A stretch of 64,000 nt of DNA from Candidatus Kaiserbacteria bacterium (GCA_016432285.1 CP066682.1:352933-416932); one strand, 5' to 3'. Numbered from the stretch's first letter, positions 26,312 to 34,923 are shown. Translations and numbers: made by a program. The notes: generated by a model not told the origin, from the letters alone.

Positions 26312-28612
26312 ATGTTATACTCGACAACGATGCAGTATCTCGGATACGCGGAAAAGGTGTCCTGGTATTCCTTCCTCGCCCTCCTCACGCTCGCGCCCTT
26401 CTTTTTCGTTCCGGTCGCCTCGCTCACCGTGCCCGCCGCAAAGATGGCGCTTGCCGCGATTCTCACCGCAGTTGCGGCAGTGACCGCCGTACTCTCCATT
26501 CTTTCGCGTGGCTCGCTTCGTCTCCCGCGACACCTGCTGCTTCCCGCCGCGGCGCTGTTGCCGCTCGCGTATTTCGTCTCTGCGCTCTCGACCGGGCTCT
26601 CGCGCGAATCGATCCTCGGAAGCGGTGAGCAAGACACGGTTGTCGCGATGATCATCTTTGTCGCGCTCTTTTTCGTCGGCGTCGTGGTCCTCATCAGCGA
26701 CGAGCGGCTCCTTGCGGGCCTCAAGGCTTTCCTCTTGGGTCTCGGTGCCATGCTCCTACTCCAGATTGTGCACCTTGCTGCGCCTTCGTTTACGTTCGGG
26801 GGAGCGATCATCGGCGTCGCGGGAAGCGCCGCCGGAAGCTGGCACGATCTCGCGATACTTGCAGGCCTCTCACTCTTCCTCTCACTCGCGCTCAAGCCCA
26901 CGCGCGTCGCGGAAAATCCGCGTGTGCGGTACGGACTCTATGCGCTTGCCGCAGTGTCGGCGATTTTTTTGATCCTCACCAACGCGTCCGACGTGTGGCT
27001 CGGCCTTACGCTGCTTTCGATCTTGTACGCAATCTATGCCTGGCGGTATGTGCCGCCGCAGGGGGACCCAGGGAATCCTGGTGCGGTTCGCGGCGTACTC
27101 TTCTGGATCGTACTCGCGATCCTTTTCGCAGGACTTTTTTGGGGCGGGTCAGTGATCCAGTCGCGGTTCCCCCAGCAGCTTCAAGTAACGCAGCTTGAAG
27201 TACGTCCGTCGTGGCAGGGGACGCTCGCCATCGGGCGGCAGGTTTTCAGCGAAGCGAGCAGCATCTTTTTTGGCTCGGGCCCCAACACGTTTACGCAGCA
27301 GTGGGGACTCTACAAGCCGCTCTCGGTCAACGAGACGCAGTTTTGGAACACCGATTTCTACTTCGGCGTGGGCTTCATACCCACCTCGATCGTGTCACTC
27401 GGCGCGATCGGCCTCGTCGCGTGGCTGATCGTACTCTTCGCGCTCCTCGCAGCTTTAAGGCGCACGTTTACGGGCGAGGCGCAGGGGATTGGGAGATTGC
27501 GGATCGCGCTCCTTTCGGGTGCCGTGTATCTCACCGTGTTGCAAATACTCTACGCGCCGGGAAGCGCCATCGCGATTCTCACGTTTGTTTTCTATGCGTT
27601 TCTCGTCGCCGACGAATATCTCACGAAGTCGGTGCGTGAAATCAACGTCGCTTTTTCGTGGATTGGCGCGCGCGCAAGGATATTCTCCGGCGCCCTCTCT
27701 GTGCTGGCGCTCGTCGTACTCCTCTCGGGAGCACAATCTGCACGCGTGCTCTTTTCGGACGCCTTCGTGAATCGCGCGATCATCATCAACGCTTCGCGGC
27801 AAGACCTTCCTGCCGCGTCCCGCGCCATATCGATGGCGCTTTTGGTCGATTCCAAAAACGATCGGGCGCATCGAGCGGCTGTCGAGCTTGGCATACTCGA
27901 GCTTGCCCGCCTTGCGAACTCCGGAGATCAGAGCGATGCCGCGAGGGCGCAGCTACAGCAAACGCTGTCCGACACGATCCGGCATGGCCTCGCGGCGATT
28001 ACCATCGAGGATCGGAATTATCAAAACTGGCTTTCGCTCGCGTACCTCTACCGTGAGCTCGCGGGAGTGGGCGTCGAGGGGGCCGCCCAAAATGCGCGCG
28101 ACGCGTACGGGAAGGCTCTCGAAGACAACCCGACCAATCCGCTGCCGTACCTCGGGCTCGCGCAGCTTGATCTCCTCGCGGGCAGCGATGCGGCGGGGAA
28201 GGAGAATCTCGCGAAGGCGCTGGAGCTGAAGCCGGATTTGGCGATCGCACACTACCTCCTGTCGCAAATCGAAGCGCGCGCGGGCAATTTGCAGGCGGCG
28301 GCCGATGCGGCCGCAAAGGCCGTCCAGATTTTGCCGGAAGATCCGCTCGGCTGGTACAACGTGGCGACCGTCCTCTACGCGCAGGCTAACTACCCGGCTG
28401 CCGCGGCGGCGCTTGAACGAGCCGTCGGTCTCCAGAACGACTACGCCAATGCGCTCTTTTTGCTCGGCCTCACGTACTACCGCCTTGGCCGTACCGATGA
28501 CGCGCTCACGGTCTTGCGCGCAGTCGTGGCGCTGAATCCGGAGAATGCGGATGTCCGCGGCATCGTGGCTGCGATCGAAGCGGGAGAAGATCCATTCGCG
28601 AAGGGCCGGTAG
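26312..28612 (+). CDS. polytopic membrane protein with C-terminal TPR repeats (O-antigen ligase/Wzy_C-like plus TPR)
   Basis: About 12 TM helices in the first ~480 aa. The C-terminal ~250 aa contain tandem TPR-like Ala-rich repeats (AYGKALEDNPTNPLPYLGLAQL..; ALELKPDLAIAHYLLSQIEARAGNLQAA..; ERAVGLQNDYANALFLLGLTYYRLGRTDDAL). Confidence 0.55.
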   Translation: MLYSTTMQYLGYAEKVSWYSFLALLTLAPFFFVPVASLTVPAAKMALAAILTAVAAVTAVLSILSRGSLRLPRHLLLPAAALLPLAYFVSALSTGLSRESILGSGEQDTVVAMIIFVALFFVGVVVLISDERLLAGLKAFLLGLGAMLLLQIVHLAAPSFTFGGAIIGVAGSAAGSWHDLAILAGLSLFLSLALKPTRVAENPRVRYGLYALAAVSAIFLILTNASDVWLGLTLLSILYAIYAWRYVPPQGDPGNPGAVRGVLFWIVLAILFAGLFWGGSVIQSRFPQQLQVTQLEVRPSWQGTLAIGRQVFSEASSIFFGSGPNTFTQQWGLYKPLSVNETQFWNTDFYFGVGFIPTSIVSLGAIGLVAWLIVLFALLAALRRTFTGEAQGIGRLRIALLSGAVYLTVLQILYAPGSAIAILTFVFYAFLVADEYLTKSVREINVAFSWIGARARIFSGALSVLALVVLLSGAQSARVLFSDAFVNRAIIINASRQDLPAASRAISMALLVDSKNDRAHRAAVELGILELARLANSGDQSDAARAQLQQTLSDTIRHGLAAITIEDRNYQNWLSLAYLYRELAGVGVEGAAQNARDAYGKALEDNPTNPLPYLGLAQLDLLAGSDAAGKENLAKALELKPDLAIAHYLLSQIEARAGNLQAAADAAAKAVQILPEDPLGWYNVATVLYAQANYPAAAAALERAVGLQNDYANALFLLGLTYYRLGRTDDALTVLRAVVALNPENADVRGIVAAIEAGEDPFAKGR

Positions 28613-28613
28613 T

Positions 28614-30320
28614 ATGCCAGGCTTCGTTCGCGGAGGCATCAGATTTCTTTCCTCCGAAGTGCGAGGACTTCAGGCAGCTGTGTACATCCTCGCTTTGAGC
28701 GCCCTCCTCTCGTCATTGCTCGCGCTGGTGCGCGACCGCTTGTTTGCAGCGCAATTCGGCGCGGGTGCGGAGCTCGACCTCTACTACGCCGCGTTCCGGA
28801 TTCCTGATCTTCTCTTTGTAGCGACAGGCGCGCTTGTGTCTGTGTACGTGCTGATTCCACAATTGAGTGCGCGCGACAGGGAAGGGCAGCTCCGGTACAT
28901 CGACACGATCATCGCGGGCTTCTCGGCGCTTGCGCTCCTCTGCGCCGGTGTGGCCGCCTTTTTTGCGCCCTCGCTGCTCCGCTTCTTTTTTCCCGTTTTC
29001 TTCGCCGAAGGGTGGGGCGACGCGCTCGTCGGTATTACGCGCATCCTCCTTTTGCAGCCGATCTTTCTCGGGCTTTCAAATATTCTCGCCGCGATCACGC
29101 AGGCGAGGCAACGGTACGCGCTCTACGCTATTTCGCCGCTCCTGTATAACCTCGGGATCATATTCGGCCTCCTCGTCTTCTTTCCTCTCTGGGGGCTCTC
29201 GGGACTCGCGTGGGGAGTCGTGCTCGGTTCACTCCTCCACGCCGGCATCCAGCTGCCCTCGATTATCGCTGACGGTTTTTTGAAATCACTCCCGTGGATT
29301 CGGGAGCCCCAGGCCCTGCTTGCGACAGCCGTCGTCTCGGTGCCGCGGGCACTCACGCTCGCGATGAGCCAGATAATCTTTTTGGGACTGACCGCGCTTG
29401 CCTCAGCGCTTGCGCCCGGTTCGATCGCAGTCTTTATGTTCGCCTTCAATCTTCAGGCAGTTCCGCTCTCAATCGTCGGAGCTTCGTACTCGGTCGCCGC
29501 GTTCCCGACGCTTGCCTCGGCGCTCTCAGAGGGGCGACGCGAGGAGTTTGTCGAGCACATTACGATTGCCGCACGGTACGTGTTCTTCTGGTCGCTCCCC
29601 ATTTCGGCGCTCGTACTCGTTTTGCGCGCGCATCTCGTGCGCGTGGTGCTTGGCTCCGGCGCCTTCGACTGGACCGACACGCGTCTTACGGCGGCGGCGT
29701 TTGCGCTCATGGCGCTTTCGCTTGCCGCGCAGGGTCTGACGCTTCTCCTCGCGCGCGGCTACTATGCGGCTGGTCGCACGCTCGTGCCGCTCTTTGTGGC
29801 CCTCGGAAGTGCGATAGCCACCATCGCACTGGCAATGCAATTCATCGAGCTTCTCAAGGACGAGCGTCTGCTCGTTACTCTTCAACAGCTCCTCCGGCTC
29901 GAGGATGTCTCGGGCAGCTCCGTGCTCGCGCTTGCGCTTGCGTATGCGATCGTCTCCATCATCGGCTGTATTGTTCTCGTTGCGCACTTCGAGTACGCCT
30001 TTGGCGGATTTATGGTGCGAACGCGCGATTCGCTGCTCCACGCCCTCGCGGCCGCTCTCGCCGCCGCAGGCGCGGCGTACCTTGTGCTCACTGTCGTGGG
30101 GCCGCTCACGCTCTCGTCGACCCTCCTTTCAGTCTTCTTGAGGGGAGCGGCTGGCGGTGTTGCGGGTATCCTTGCGGCGGCACTCGCGTACGCACTCCTT
30201 GGTAATCGAGAGTATGCGGAGACGATTTCGGGCATACGCTCGCGTCTGTGGCGCGGCTCCCTGAAGAAAACACCGCCGATCGCCTCAGCGGAGGAGGCAA
30301 CGGTTTCTGGTCCGCAGTAG
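28614..30320 (+). CDS. murJ: lipid II flippase MurJ (MviN)
   Basis: The MurJ N-terminus (RDRLFAAQFGAGAELDLYYAAFRIPDLLF), 14 TM helices and ~570 aa length fit MurJ. The ORF-track entry 28545 overlaps the previous gene, so the ATG at 28614 (2 nt after the upstream stop) was chosen. Confidence 0.8.
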   Translation: MPGFVRGGIRFLSSEVRGLQAAVYILALSALLSSLLALVRDRLFAAQFGAGAELDLYYAAFRIPDLLFVATGALVSVYVLIPQLSARDREGQLRYIDTIIAGFSALALLCAGVAAFFAPSLLRFFFPVFFAEGWGDALVGITRILLLQPIFLGLSNILAAITQARQRYALYAISPLLYNLGIIFGLLVFFPLWGLSGLAWGVVLGSLLHAGIQLPSIIADGFLKSLPWIREPQALLATAVVSVPRALTLAMSQIIFLGLTALASALAPGSIAVFMFAFNLQAVPLSIVGASYSVAAFPTLASALSEGRREEFVEHITIAARYVFFWSLPISALVLVLRAHLVRVVLGSGAFDWTDTRLTAAAFALMALSLAAQGLTLLLARGYYAAGRTLVPLFVALGSAIATIALAMQFIELLKDERLLVTLQQLLRLEDVSGSSVLALALAYAIVSIIGCIVLVAHFEYAFGGFMVRTRDSLLHALAAALAAAGAAYLVLTVVGPLTLSSTLLSVFLRGAAGGVAGILAAALAYALLGNREYAETISGIRSRLWRGSLKKTPPIASAEEATVSGPQ

Positions 30321-30405
30321 GAGGCTCTCGGCACTCTGCGGCTCGCTGAGATGAAAAAAGGGGAATCGGCATTAGGGTGGTTGTCTGTTAGGATAGGGCT
30401 TCTTA

Positions 30406-30443
30406 CATGAATATCCGCAACTTCTCAATCATCGCACCCATCG
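30406..30443 (+). pseudogene. degenerate duplicate of the lepA 5' end (pseudo-start MNIRNFSIIAPIV...), part of an att-like direct repeat
   Basis: 30406-30443 aligns to 30577-30614 (real lepA start) with 33/38 identities, including a 19-bp perfect DR aacttctcaatcatcgcac (30419-30437 and 30589-30607). The frame terminates after 55 codons. Confidence 0.6.
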
Positions 30444-30465
30444 TCGCGGCACGCCGCTCCCTGAG

Positions 30466-30555
30466 AACCCACGGTTCTCAGCGGTCGACCTGCGCGCACT
30501 CGGTCGACCTGCTCTCCGTCACGGGAAAACTACAGTTTTCCCGACCCCTTTCGAA
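30466..30555. repeat. copy A of a conserved ~90-nt structured intergenic element (perfect 9-bp stem hairpin cgggaaaac-N4-gttttcccg at 30522-30543)
   Basis: Shares aacccacggttYtc...cacgggaaaacNNNNgttttcccgacccctttcRaa with copy B at 35082-35160. The middle segment differs between copies but is palindromic in both. Confidence 0.7.
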
Positions 30556-30576
30556 CGATGTGAGCGATTTCTGAAT

Positions 30577-32358
30577 ATGCACATCAGAAACTTCTCAATC
30601 ATCGCACACATCGATCATGGCAAGTCGACGCTTGCGGATCGTATGCTCGAAATCACGGGTACGATCGAGCCGCGCCGCATGCAGGAGCAGGTGCTCGATC
30701 GCATGGACTTGGAGCGCGAGCGCGGCATCACGATCAAAATGCAGCCCGTGCGGATGCGGTGGAATCATGAGGGCGCCGATTACATTCTCAATCTTATCGA
30801 CACGCCCGGACACGTTGATTTTGCATACGAAGTCTCGCGAGCGCTCTCCGCGGTCGAGGGCGTGATTCTGCTCGTGGACGCGACGCAGGGCGTGGAGGCA
30901 CAGACGCTCTCCGTGCTTTCGGTGGCAAAGAGCCTCGGCCGCACCATCATTCCGGTCGTGTCGAAGATCGACGCGCCGGCGGCGCGTGTGGAGGAACATG
31001 TGGCGGAGCTTGCGCTCCTTTTGGGGTGCGAGGAGCGCGACGTGCTCCGGAGCTCCGGCAAGACGGGCGAAGGCGTGCCCGCTCTCTTGAACGCGATTGT
31101 CGAGCGGATCGCGCCGCCCGAGAGCACGGGCGAGAAGACCCAGGCCCTCGTCTTCGATTTCGGCTATTCGGATCATCGCGGCGTGATCATCTACATGCGC
31201 GTCTTTGGCGGTTCCGTAAAAAAGGGCGACGAGCTGCGCCTCGCGGCGGCCGACGCCTCGTTCACTGCGCTCGAAGTGGGAGTTTTGATGCCTGAAGAAA
31301 AGCCGTGCGGAGAGTTGCTCGCGGGAGAGATTGGCTACGTCGTTACCGGCATCAAAAAACCGGGCATCGCCTCCGTCGGCGACACGGTTACGGCCGCAAA
31401 AAATGCCGCGCCCCCGTTTTCTGGCTACCAAGCGCCGTCGCCCGTCATCTGGGCTTCCGCGTATCCGGAGTCGCAAGACGATTTGCCGCTCCTACGGCAG
31501 TCGCTCGAGCGCCTGCGGCTCTCGGATTCGTCGCTTTCGTATGAAGAAGAATCTTCGGGCGTGATGGGCAAGGGATTCCGCTGCGGCTTCCTTGGCATGC
31601 TGCACCTCGAGATCGTTATCGAGCGGCTCCGCCGGGAGTTTGGTCTCTCACTCGTCGTCACGCAACCGACGACCGTCTACGAAATCACACGCACCAACGG
31701 CAAGGTGGAGGAAATCTACGCGCCCGCGCGTTTTCCCGACGACGGAACGGTGGCGAAAGTGCGGGAAGTCTGGGCGAAGGTATTCGTGATCTCGCCGCCA
31801 GATTATATCGGTGGTGTGTCGCAGCTTTTGTATGAGCATGAGGCGAAGGTGGGGGAGACGGAAACGATGCCCGACGGCAAGATGCAGCTTTCGGCCGAGA
31901 TGCCGCTGCGGGAGCTCATGCGGGGATTCTTCGATCGACTCAAGAGCATCTCATCCGGATTCGCCTCGCTCTCGTACGAGCTTCAGGGATTGCGCGAGGC
32001 CGACGTCACGCGGCTCGACGTACTGGTGGCGGAAGAGCTCGTCCCGGCTTTTGCGCGCATCGTGAGCCGCCGGCGACTCCAGACGGAGGCCGAGGCCATG
32101 GTGGAAAGACTCGAAAAGCTTTTGCCGCGGCAGCTCTTCGAGCTGAAGATTCAGGCGAAGGTAGCCGGGAGGATCATCGCCTCACGTAGAAAATCAGCGA
32201 TGCGCAAAGACGTGACGGGCTATCTCTATGGCGGCGACGTGACGCGAAAGATGAAACTGCTCGAAAAACAAAAACGCGGCAAAAAGAAAATGCTCGCGCG
32301 CGGCAAGGTGGATATACCCCACGATGTTTTCCTAAAGGTGGTGCGGGAGACCAACTAG
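30577..32358 (+). CDS. lepA: elongation factor 4 (LepA)
   Basis: N-terminus IRNFSIIAHIDHGKSTLADR, G-domain motifs and the LepA C-terminal domain. Length 593 aa. Confidence 0.9.
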   Translation: MHIRNFSIIAHIDHGKSTLADRMLEITGTIEPRRMQEQVLDRMDLERERGITIKMQPVRMRWNHEGADYILNLIDTPGHVDFAYEVSRALSAVEGVILLVDATQGVEAQTLSVLSVAKSLGRTIIPVVSKIDAPAARVEEHVAELALLLGCEERDVLRSSGKTGEGVPALLNAIVERIAPPESTGEKTQALVFDFGYSDHRGVIIYMRVFGGSVKKGDELRLAAADASFTALEVGVLMPEEKPCGELLAGEIGYVVTGIKKPGIASVGDTVTAAKNAAPPFSGYQAPSPVIWASAYPESQDDLPLLRQSLERLRLSDSSLSYEEESSGVMGKGFRCGFLGMLHLEIVIERLRREFGLSLVVTQPTTVYEITRTNGKVEEIYAPARFPDDGTVAKVREVWAKVFVISPPDYIGGVSQLLYEHEAKVGETETMPDGKMQLSAEMPLRELMRGFFDRLKSISSGFASLSYELQGLREADVTRLDVLVAEELVPAFARIVSRRRLQTEAEAMVERLEKLLPRQLFELKIQAKVAGRIIASRRKSAMRKDVTGYLYGGDVTRKMKLLEKQKRGKKKMLARGKVDIPHDVFLKVVRETN

Positions 32359-32508
32359 CCCGTGATGATCGCGAGGACGCCCGGCGCAAAGAAAATCACC
32401 ATGCCGATGATGATGAGGACGGCGACGACGCTCCAGATGGCGTTGACGATCCGTTTGGTACGCTTGTGAAAAAGAAAGCTCATAGGTGAAGTGGTACGAT
32501 TATAGCGT

Positions 32509-32886
32509 ATGAGCTGGAGTCGGCAAAGGAACGATCTCGGCCGCAGGCTCTTGAGGCGGCTGGGGCTCCTCGCGCTTCTTGGGGTCGTCGTTTTTGCCAT
32601 CTCGGGCGTATGGGGAGTCTTTGGCAAGGCGCGGGACTCGCAGACACTCCGCGCGGAGGCAGAAGTGGCACGCAACGACCTCCTTTCGCGCGAGGCGCAG
32701 CTCGAAGCCGATTTGGAGAAGCTGCGTACCGACCGCGGCGTCGAGGAAGAGCTCCGTACGCAGTATTCGCTCGCCGGGGAAGGCGAGCGGCTCATCGTAA
32801 TCGTCGATCCCTCGAGCACGACCCCGATCAAGGCGACCTCTTCGCCGATCAAGCTGTGGTTCCAAAAGATTTTCCCCTGGTGGTGA
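32509..32886 (+). CDS. septum formation initiator family protein (FtsB/DivIC-like)
   Basis: Single TM, then a coiled coil, then the conserved EEELRTQYSLAGEGERLIVIVD motif. The minus-strand ORF 32355..32852 is its antisense shadow. Confidence 0.7.
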   Translation: MSWSRQRNDLGRRLLRRLGLLALLGVVVFAISGVWGVFGKARDSQTLRAEAEVARNDLLSREAQLEADLEKLRTDRGVEEELRTQYSLAGEGERLIVIVDPSSTTPIKATSSPIKLWFQKIFPWW

Positions 32887-32888
32887 TG

Positions 32889-32894
32889 TATAGT
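32889..32894 (+). promoter_or_regulatory. -10 box TGTATAGT for tRNA-Gly
   Basis: gatgTATAGTatt lies 9 nt upstream of the tRNA 5' end. Confidence 0.45.
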
Positions 32895-32903
32895 ATTCCG
32901 ACC

Positions 32904-32974
32904 GCGGGATTAGTTTAGTGGTAGAACGGCTGCTTCCCAAGCAGCAGATACGGGTTCGATTCCCGTATCCCGCA
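32904..32974 (+). tRNA. tRNA-Gly (anticodon CCC); CCA not encoded
   Basis: Acceptor GCGGGAT/ATCCCGC, anticodon stem GCTGC/GCAGC with loop TTCCCAA, T-arm CGGGTTCGATTCCCG. Confidence 0.85.
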
Positions 32975-33010
32975 CACGAGCGAGCGCTTGGCCGATTTCC
33001 CGTACTCGCA

Positions 33011-33364
33011 CTACAGGTACTTTTTTCCGTATGTCCGCATTTCGTCCACCACCTTCCGGAGGGCCCTGCCTTGCGAAGTGAGGCGATACTCCACGTAAGG
33101 TGGGAGGCGCTTCAGCGCAGTGCGAGCCACGAGGCCGCGCCTTTCGAGCCGGCGGAGCGTCTTGGTGAGCGTGCGGGTACTCATACCGAGCGATTCGTCG
33201 AGATGTCCAAAACGGCGCGGGCCGTCCAAAAGATCGCGCACGACGAGGAGGGAGCAGGCGTCCCCGAGGAGATCGGCCACCCGGGCGACGGGGCAGTCGG
33301 CGCAGAGGTCTTCGCGTTGCTTTTTGGTGCGCAACATCAGACCACGGTAGCACGAGTTATCCAC
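33011..33364 (-). CDS. HxlR-family (MarR-like winged-helix) transcriptional regulator
   Basis: CPVARVADLLGDACSLLVVRDLLDGPRRFGHLDESLGMSTRTLTKTLRRLERRGLV is a typical HxlR helix-turn-helix. The start may be the internal ATG 27 nt downstream. Confidence 0.8.
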   Translation of the reverse strand: MDNSCYRGLMLRTKKQREDLCADCPVARVADLLGDACSLLVVRDLLDGPRRFGHLDESLGMSTRTLTKTLRRLERRGLVARTALKRLPPYVEYRLTSQGRALRKVVDEMRTYGKKYL

Positions 33365-33424
33365 TTTACAAAGTAAAGCGACTATCTATACTGAGTCTCT
33401 ACCAACAAACTTTACTAAGTAAAG
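33364..33424. promoter_or_regulatory. two palindromic operator boxes CTTTAC-N3-GTAAAG (33364-33378 and 33410-33424) in the divergent hxlR/LUD promoter region
   Basis: Both boxes are perfect 6+6 inverted repeats with identical half-sites, 46 bp apart. A TATACT -10-like box lies between them (33388-33393). Confidence 0.55.
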
Positions 33425-33467
33425 CAACTGAAATCGAGCGGCGTCAGCAGAAGCGCCACATCAACGT

Positions 33468-34085
33468 ATGGAATATACGAAACTTGCAACTGAAGAGATC
33501 ATCGAGAAGGCAGTGCACGAGCTCGAAGCGAGGCGTTTCAAGACCGCCCGTGTGCAGAATCGCGCCGAAGCGCTCGAATACATCAAGAAGACTATTCCCG
33601 CAGGTGCGTCGGTCATGAACGGTTCGTCGGTGACGCTCGAGGAGATCGGCTTTGTCGATTACCTCAAAGCTGGCGGGCACCCGTGGAGAAATCTGCACGA
33701 GGAAATTCTTAATGAGCCCGACAAAGACAAGCGCGCGCAGGCGCGCATGCATGCGGTCGTTTCCGATTACTATCTCGGCAGCGTGCATGCGCTTACGGAG
33801 GGTGGTGAGATGGTGATCGGCTCCAACACCGGAAGCCAACAGCCGCACCTCTCGTACACCTCACAAAATCTCATCTTGGTCGTCGGCACACAAAAGATCG
33901 TACCGGACCTGCCGGCGGCCTTGGAGCGGCTCGAAAAGCACGTCATCCCCCTCGAAGACGAGCACATGAAGGGGCTGTACGGCTCTGGCACGCAGCACAA
34001 CAAGACGCTGATTCTGTACGGGGAGAGCAGCATGATGAAGCGGAATGCCACCGTGCTCCTCGTAGAGGAAAAACTCGGTTTCTAG
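33468..34085 (+). CDS. LUD-domain protein (LutC/YkgG, DUF162-like lactate-utilisation family)
   Basis: Conserved LUD-domain pattern (..G.S.T..E.G.....L......H...YY.GS.HA.TE.G..V..S..GS.....). It is divergent from hxlR. Confidence 0.65.
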   Translation: MEYTKLATEEIIEKAVHELEARRFKTARVQNRAEALEYIKKTIPAGASVMNGSSVTLEEIGFVDYLKAGGHPWRNLHEEILNEPDKDKRAQARMHAVVSDYYLGSVHALTEGGEMVIGSNTGSQQPHLSYTSQNLILVVGTQKIVPDLPAALERLEKHVIPLEDEHMKGLYGSGTQHNKTLILYGESSMMKRNATVLLVEEKLGF

Positions 34086-34124
34086 GCGATATGGTATTAT
34101 CAGGTATCACTAAAAAATAATCGT

Positions 34125-34367
34125 ATGGCTACAAAACAAAACGTAACTATTTACTCGACCCCGACCTGCCACTTCTGCCACATGGCGAAGGACTTTTTTG
34201 CCGCCAACAAGATTCAGTTCACCGACTACAACGTTGCGACCGATCTCGAAAAGCGCAAAGAGATGGTAGAAAAGAGCGGTCAGATGGGCGTGCCCGTCAT
34301 CACGATCGGCAAAGAGACCATCGTCGGCTACGACGAGGATCGCCTCAAGGAGCTGCTCGCAGTCTAG
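34125..34367 (+). CDS. glutaredoxin-like protein (NrdH/YruB type, CxxC = CHFC)
   Basis: 80 aa. IYSTPTCHFCHMAKDFF...GVPVITIGKETIVGYDEDRLKELL is a classic Grx fold. Confidence 0.85.
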   Translation: MATKQNVTIYSTPTCHFCHMAKDFFAANKIQFTDYNVATDLEKRKEMVEKSGQMGVPVITIGKETIVGYDEDRLKELLAV

Positions 34368-34384
34368 TGCCCTCGGCAGGAATC
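34366..34384. repeat. 19-bp perfect direct repeat agtgccctcggcaggaatc duplicating the 3' end of tRNA-Arg (second copy 34525-34543, inside the tRNA)
   Basis: Exact 19/19 match 159 bp apart. The intervening DNA also holds an inverted partial copy of the tRNA T-arm (34470-34485, ttcgattcctgc). Confidence 0.7.
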
Positions 34385-34526
34385 TCCCTCGACTCTCGGC
34401 TCGCCGTCGCTCGCCTCGGTCTGGGCACCGCCTCGCTGCTCGGCCTGCTGGCCTCGCATCGCTCCGGCGTTCGATTCCTGCACGCGCCATGCAGCGGCAC
34501 GGCGCTCTCGATCACTTGCTTCGCAG

Positions 34527-34598
34527 TGCCCTCGGCAGGAATCGAACCCACATCTCTCCCTTAGGACGGGATAGCTCTATCCATTGAGCTACGAGGGC
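34527..34598 (-). tRNA. tRNA-Arg (anticodon CCT); CCA not encoded
   Basis: Reverse complement folds as acceptor GCCCTCG/CGAGGGC, D-arm GCTCAATGGATAGAGC, anticodon loop GTCCTAA, T-loop TTCGATT. Confidence 0.8.
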
Positions 34599-34632
34599 GA
34601 GGCCGCAACTATAGCATGCTAAGATTTCAGGC

Positions 34633-34923
34633 ATGGATCCGAGTCAGGAAACGCTGAGAGAGATTCTTCGTCTCACACAGGAGAACAACCGCATGCTCCA
34701 CAAAATGCGCCGCAGCGCGTTTTGGGGCGGGATCCTGAAGCTCCTTCTGTACGCCGCGCTCCTCGGAATTCCGCTGTGGCTCTACATCACGTACCTTGGC
34801 CCCATGATGCAGGAGGTCATACAAACGTATCGCGACATCCAGGGCACCGGCGCCAACGTCTCGGCGCAGTTCACTGATTTTCAGGGAATGCTTCAGCAGT
34901 TCAAGGATAATTTCTCGCAGTAA
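34633..34923 (+). CDS. small (96 aa) hypothetical membrane protein
   Basis: Helical N-terminus plus one TM (ILKLLLYAALLGIPLWLYITYL). No family recognised. Confidence 0.4.
   Translation: MDPSQETLREILRLTQENNRMLHKMRRSAFWGGILKLLLYAALLGIPLWLYITYLGPMMQEVIQTYRDIQGTGANVSAQFTDFQGMLQQFKDNFSQ

Noticed and set aside
30444-30576. Integron attC site or CRISPR repeat interpretation of the conserved hairpin element
   Set aside because: No GTTRRRY/RYYYAAC core pairs as in attC. Only two dispersed copies exist, with different flanks and no spacer-repeat periodicity, so it is not a CRISPR array.
32355-32852. 165-aa minus-strand ORF downstream of lepA
   Set aside because: Antisense to the FtsB/DivIC-like gene, with a Ser/Arg low-complexity translation. 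Only its last 42 codons (32355..32483, a hydrophobic peptide) are free of overlap, and they lack an RBS.
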